Positions 62,621-64,000 of a DNA stretch of 64,000 bases are shown here, piece by piece. The stretch comes from Podarcis muralis (taxonomy: Eukaryota): positions 65,844,001-65,908,000 of the forward strand of contig NC_135655.1 in the NCBI RefSeq assembly GCF_964188315.1, read 5' to 3'. Numbering within the stretch: the first letter of the stretch is position 1; each line of letters opens with the position of its first letter. A program made the translations under genes and the position numbers. Under the pieces are notes generated by a model. It ran no database searches. It was not told the origin of the DNA and saw only the letters and a program-made list of their open reading frames with translations.

Positions 62621-64000
62621 GAAAGCAAATTTAATCTGTTCACATGTGAATAGAACAAATGGTAACACTTTCTGTCTGAAGGCCACAAATTAACTGTTGG
62701 GCTGCTTCTAAGTAAGAACACTATTCACATTTGCCATGTCAGACGTTACGTCAGGACATCCTGTGACCACCAGACAGGAACCGGTGACTGCCAGAAGTTG
62801 TGGGACTACAGCTCTGATCATCCCTCAAGCTTTGGCCACTCTGGCTAGGGGGTTGATGGGAAGTGGAGTCCAGCAGCATCTGAAATGCCACAAGTGAGAA
62901 GTGGTAAGATACAGGGAAGCAGGCACTCAATTGCATCAGGGATGGGGAACCTGCGGCACTCCAGATGTTGCTGCACTCCATCAGTCCCAGCCAGCCTCAC
63001 TCATCTCTGATTTGGAGATTATCCTTGCCTGGGGATCAGAACCAAACAGATCTCAGTAGTTTCAGGGGAAGCCATTGCCTTCTAAGAGTTGGGCTAGCAT
63101 AAATATACAAGGTGTTGTTTAGATGCCTGCTGCAGAGGTGAAGGTCCTCAGCATCAGAGCTTCAAACCTTGCTCTACCAAGTAATTCCAAGAAGGAAGAA
63201 GGGGAAGAAGCTTCTCCGCATCACTCCCAAAGCAGCTTTTGCTGGTTTCAGTCACAAAGCTTCCATTTTTCTCTCTCCATCACCTGGCAGAGGTATTGTT
63301 ACCCTGATGTAATTGTCACAGGCAGCATATATGTTTGTTTCTCCTCGTTCTCTTACTAGCTTTCCAGTAATGGCTGCCATATTTCTGGCATATATTTTCA
63401 GAAGAAAGTAACTGTCTTGAGAGACAGTTGTGGTTGTGCTGGTATTATATATTAGTATAAATACAAAAAGTACAGCTCCAATAGGAAGTTGGACAGTGGA
63501 GTAAGGACCATTGAAAGGGGGCTGGGGTCAGTAAGTGGGACCTTAGGAACACCCATGGATGAAGCATTTCTGTCTAAAATGTAGGACTACATTACAGACA
63601 CAACTATGGCATACTGTAACCGGCAAGGCAAATGCCTTGAATTAATCCTTCACCATCTTTCTCATAAAACCCAATATTGGCTGATGTGTGCCATGTAGCT
63701 GCAACCTGGGCCCGAAGGATAGGGATTCAGTTACCTGCCCCTAATATAGCCAGTATAATTGTGGAGAACACAACTTGTGTTCAGTGTGCAAAAATCCAAA
63801 CTAGAAAAAATATGCTGAAAATGCCAGCCGTTCTGTACGTACCTTTATAGAAATACCTTGTATGTTCATGTGTTTCTACTTTCAATTGCCAAAGCTTCAG
63901 AAAGATACAACAATGAAAAAGGCAACAAAAAACTCTAGAGGTTATATAAATAATTTTAAGGAGCAAGCTCAAGTCTACCACAATAATGAACAAGTGCATG

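Noticed and set aside
63781-64000. Possible 3' end of a convergent neighbour (RRAS2 follows SPON1 in human)
   Set aside because: No coding sequence or minus-strand poly(A) signal is visible, so there is nothing to support it.
1-64000. Prokaryotic-type systems (CRISPR arrays, operons, rRNA, contamination)
   Set aside because: None seen. The sequence is consistently intron-rich squamate DNA.

Overview
Vertebrate genomic DNA, most likely a lacertid-type lizard. The species is inferred from the repeat content (Sauria/Squam1 SINEs, Squam3-like SINEs, BovB, TAA-tailed L2) and is not proven. The only gene I can support is the 3' two-thirds of SPON1 (F-spondin) on the + strand. Ten GT-AG coding exons (7-16 by analogy with the 16-exon human gene) run from 12512 to the TAG ending at 62044. 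They join in frame to 1602 nt (533 aa plus stop), covering the C-terminal spondin domain and six thrombospondin type-1 repeats. Upstream exons were not found and presumably lie left of the window. The introns, including a 30.6 kb intron 7, are dense with retroposons, hAT and Tc1/mariner MITEs, LTR-like elements and microsatellites, and there is a 335-N gap at 40311-40645. The most notable non-routine observations are: (1) an 825-bp solo LTR whose U3 carries an intact 219-codon ORF; (2) a Penelope-like insertion carrying a complete minimal hammerhead ribozyme antisense to SPON1; (3) a PBX-HOX/MEIS motif cluster in intron 13; (4) a SINE nested in its own family, forming near-perfect hairpins; (5) a composite MITE, present twice, that carries an L2 tail. 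All family names and comparisons with human SPON1 come from recalled knowledge; no database searches were run.
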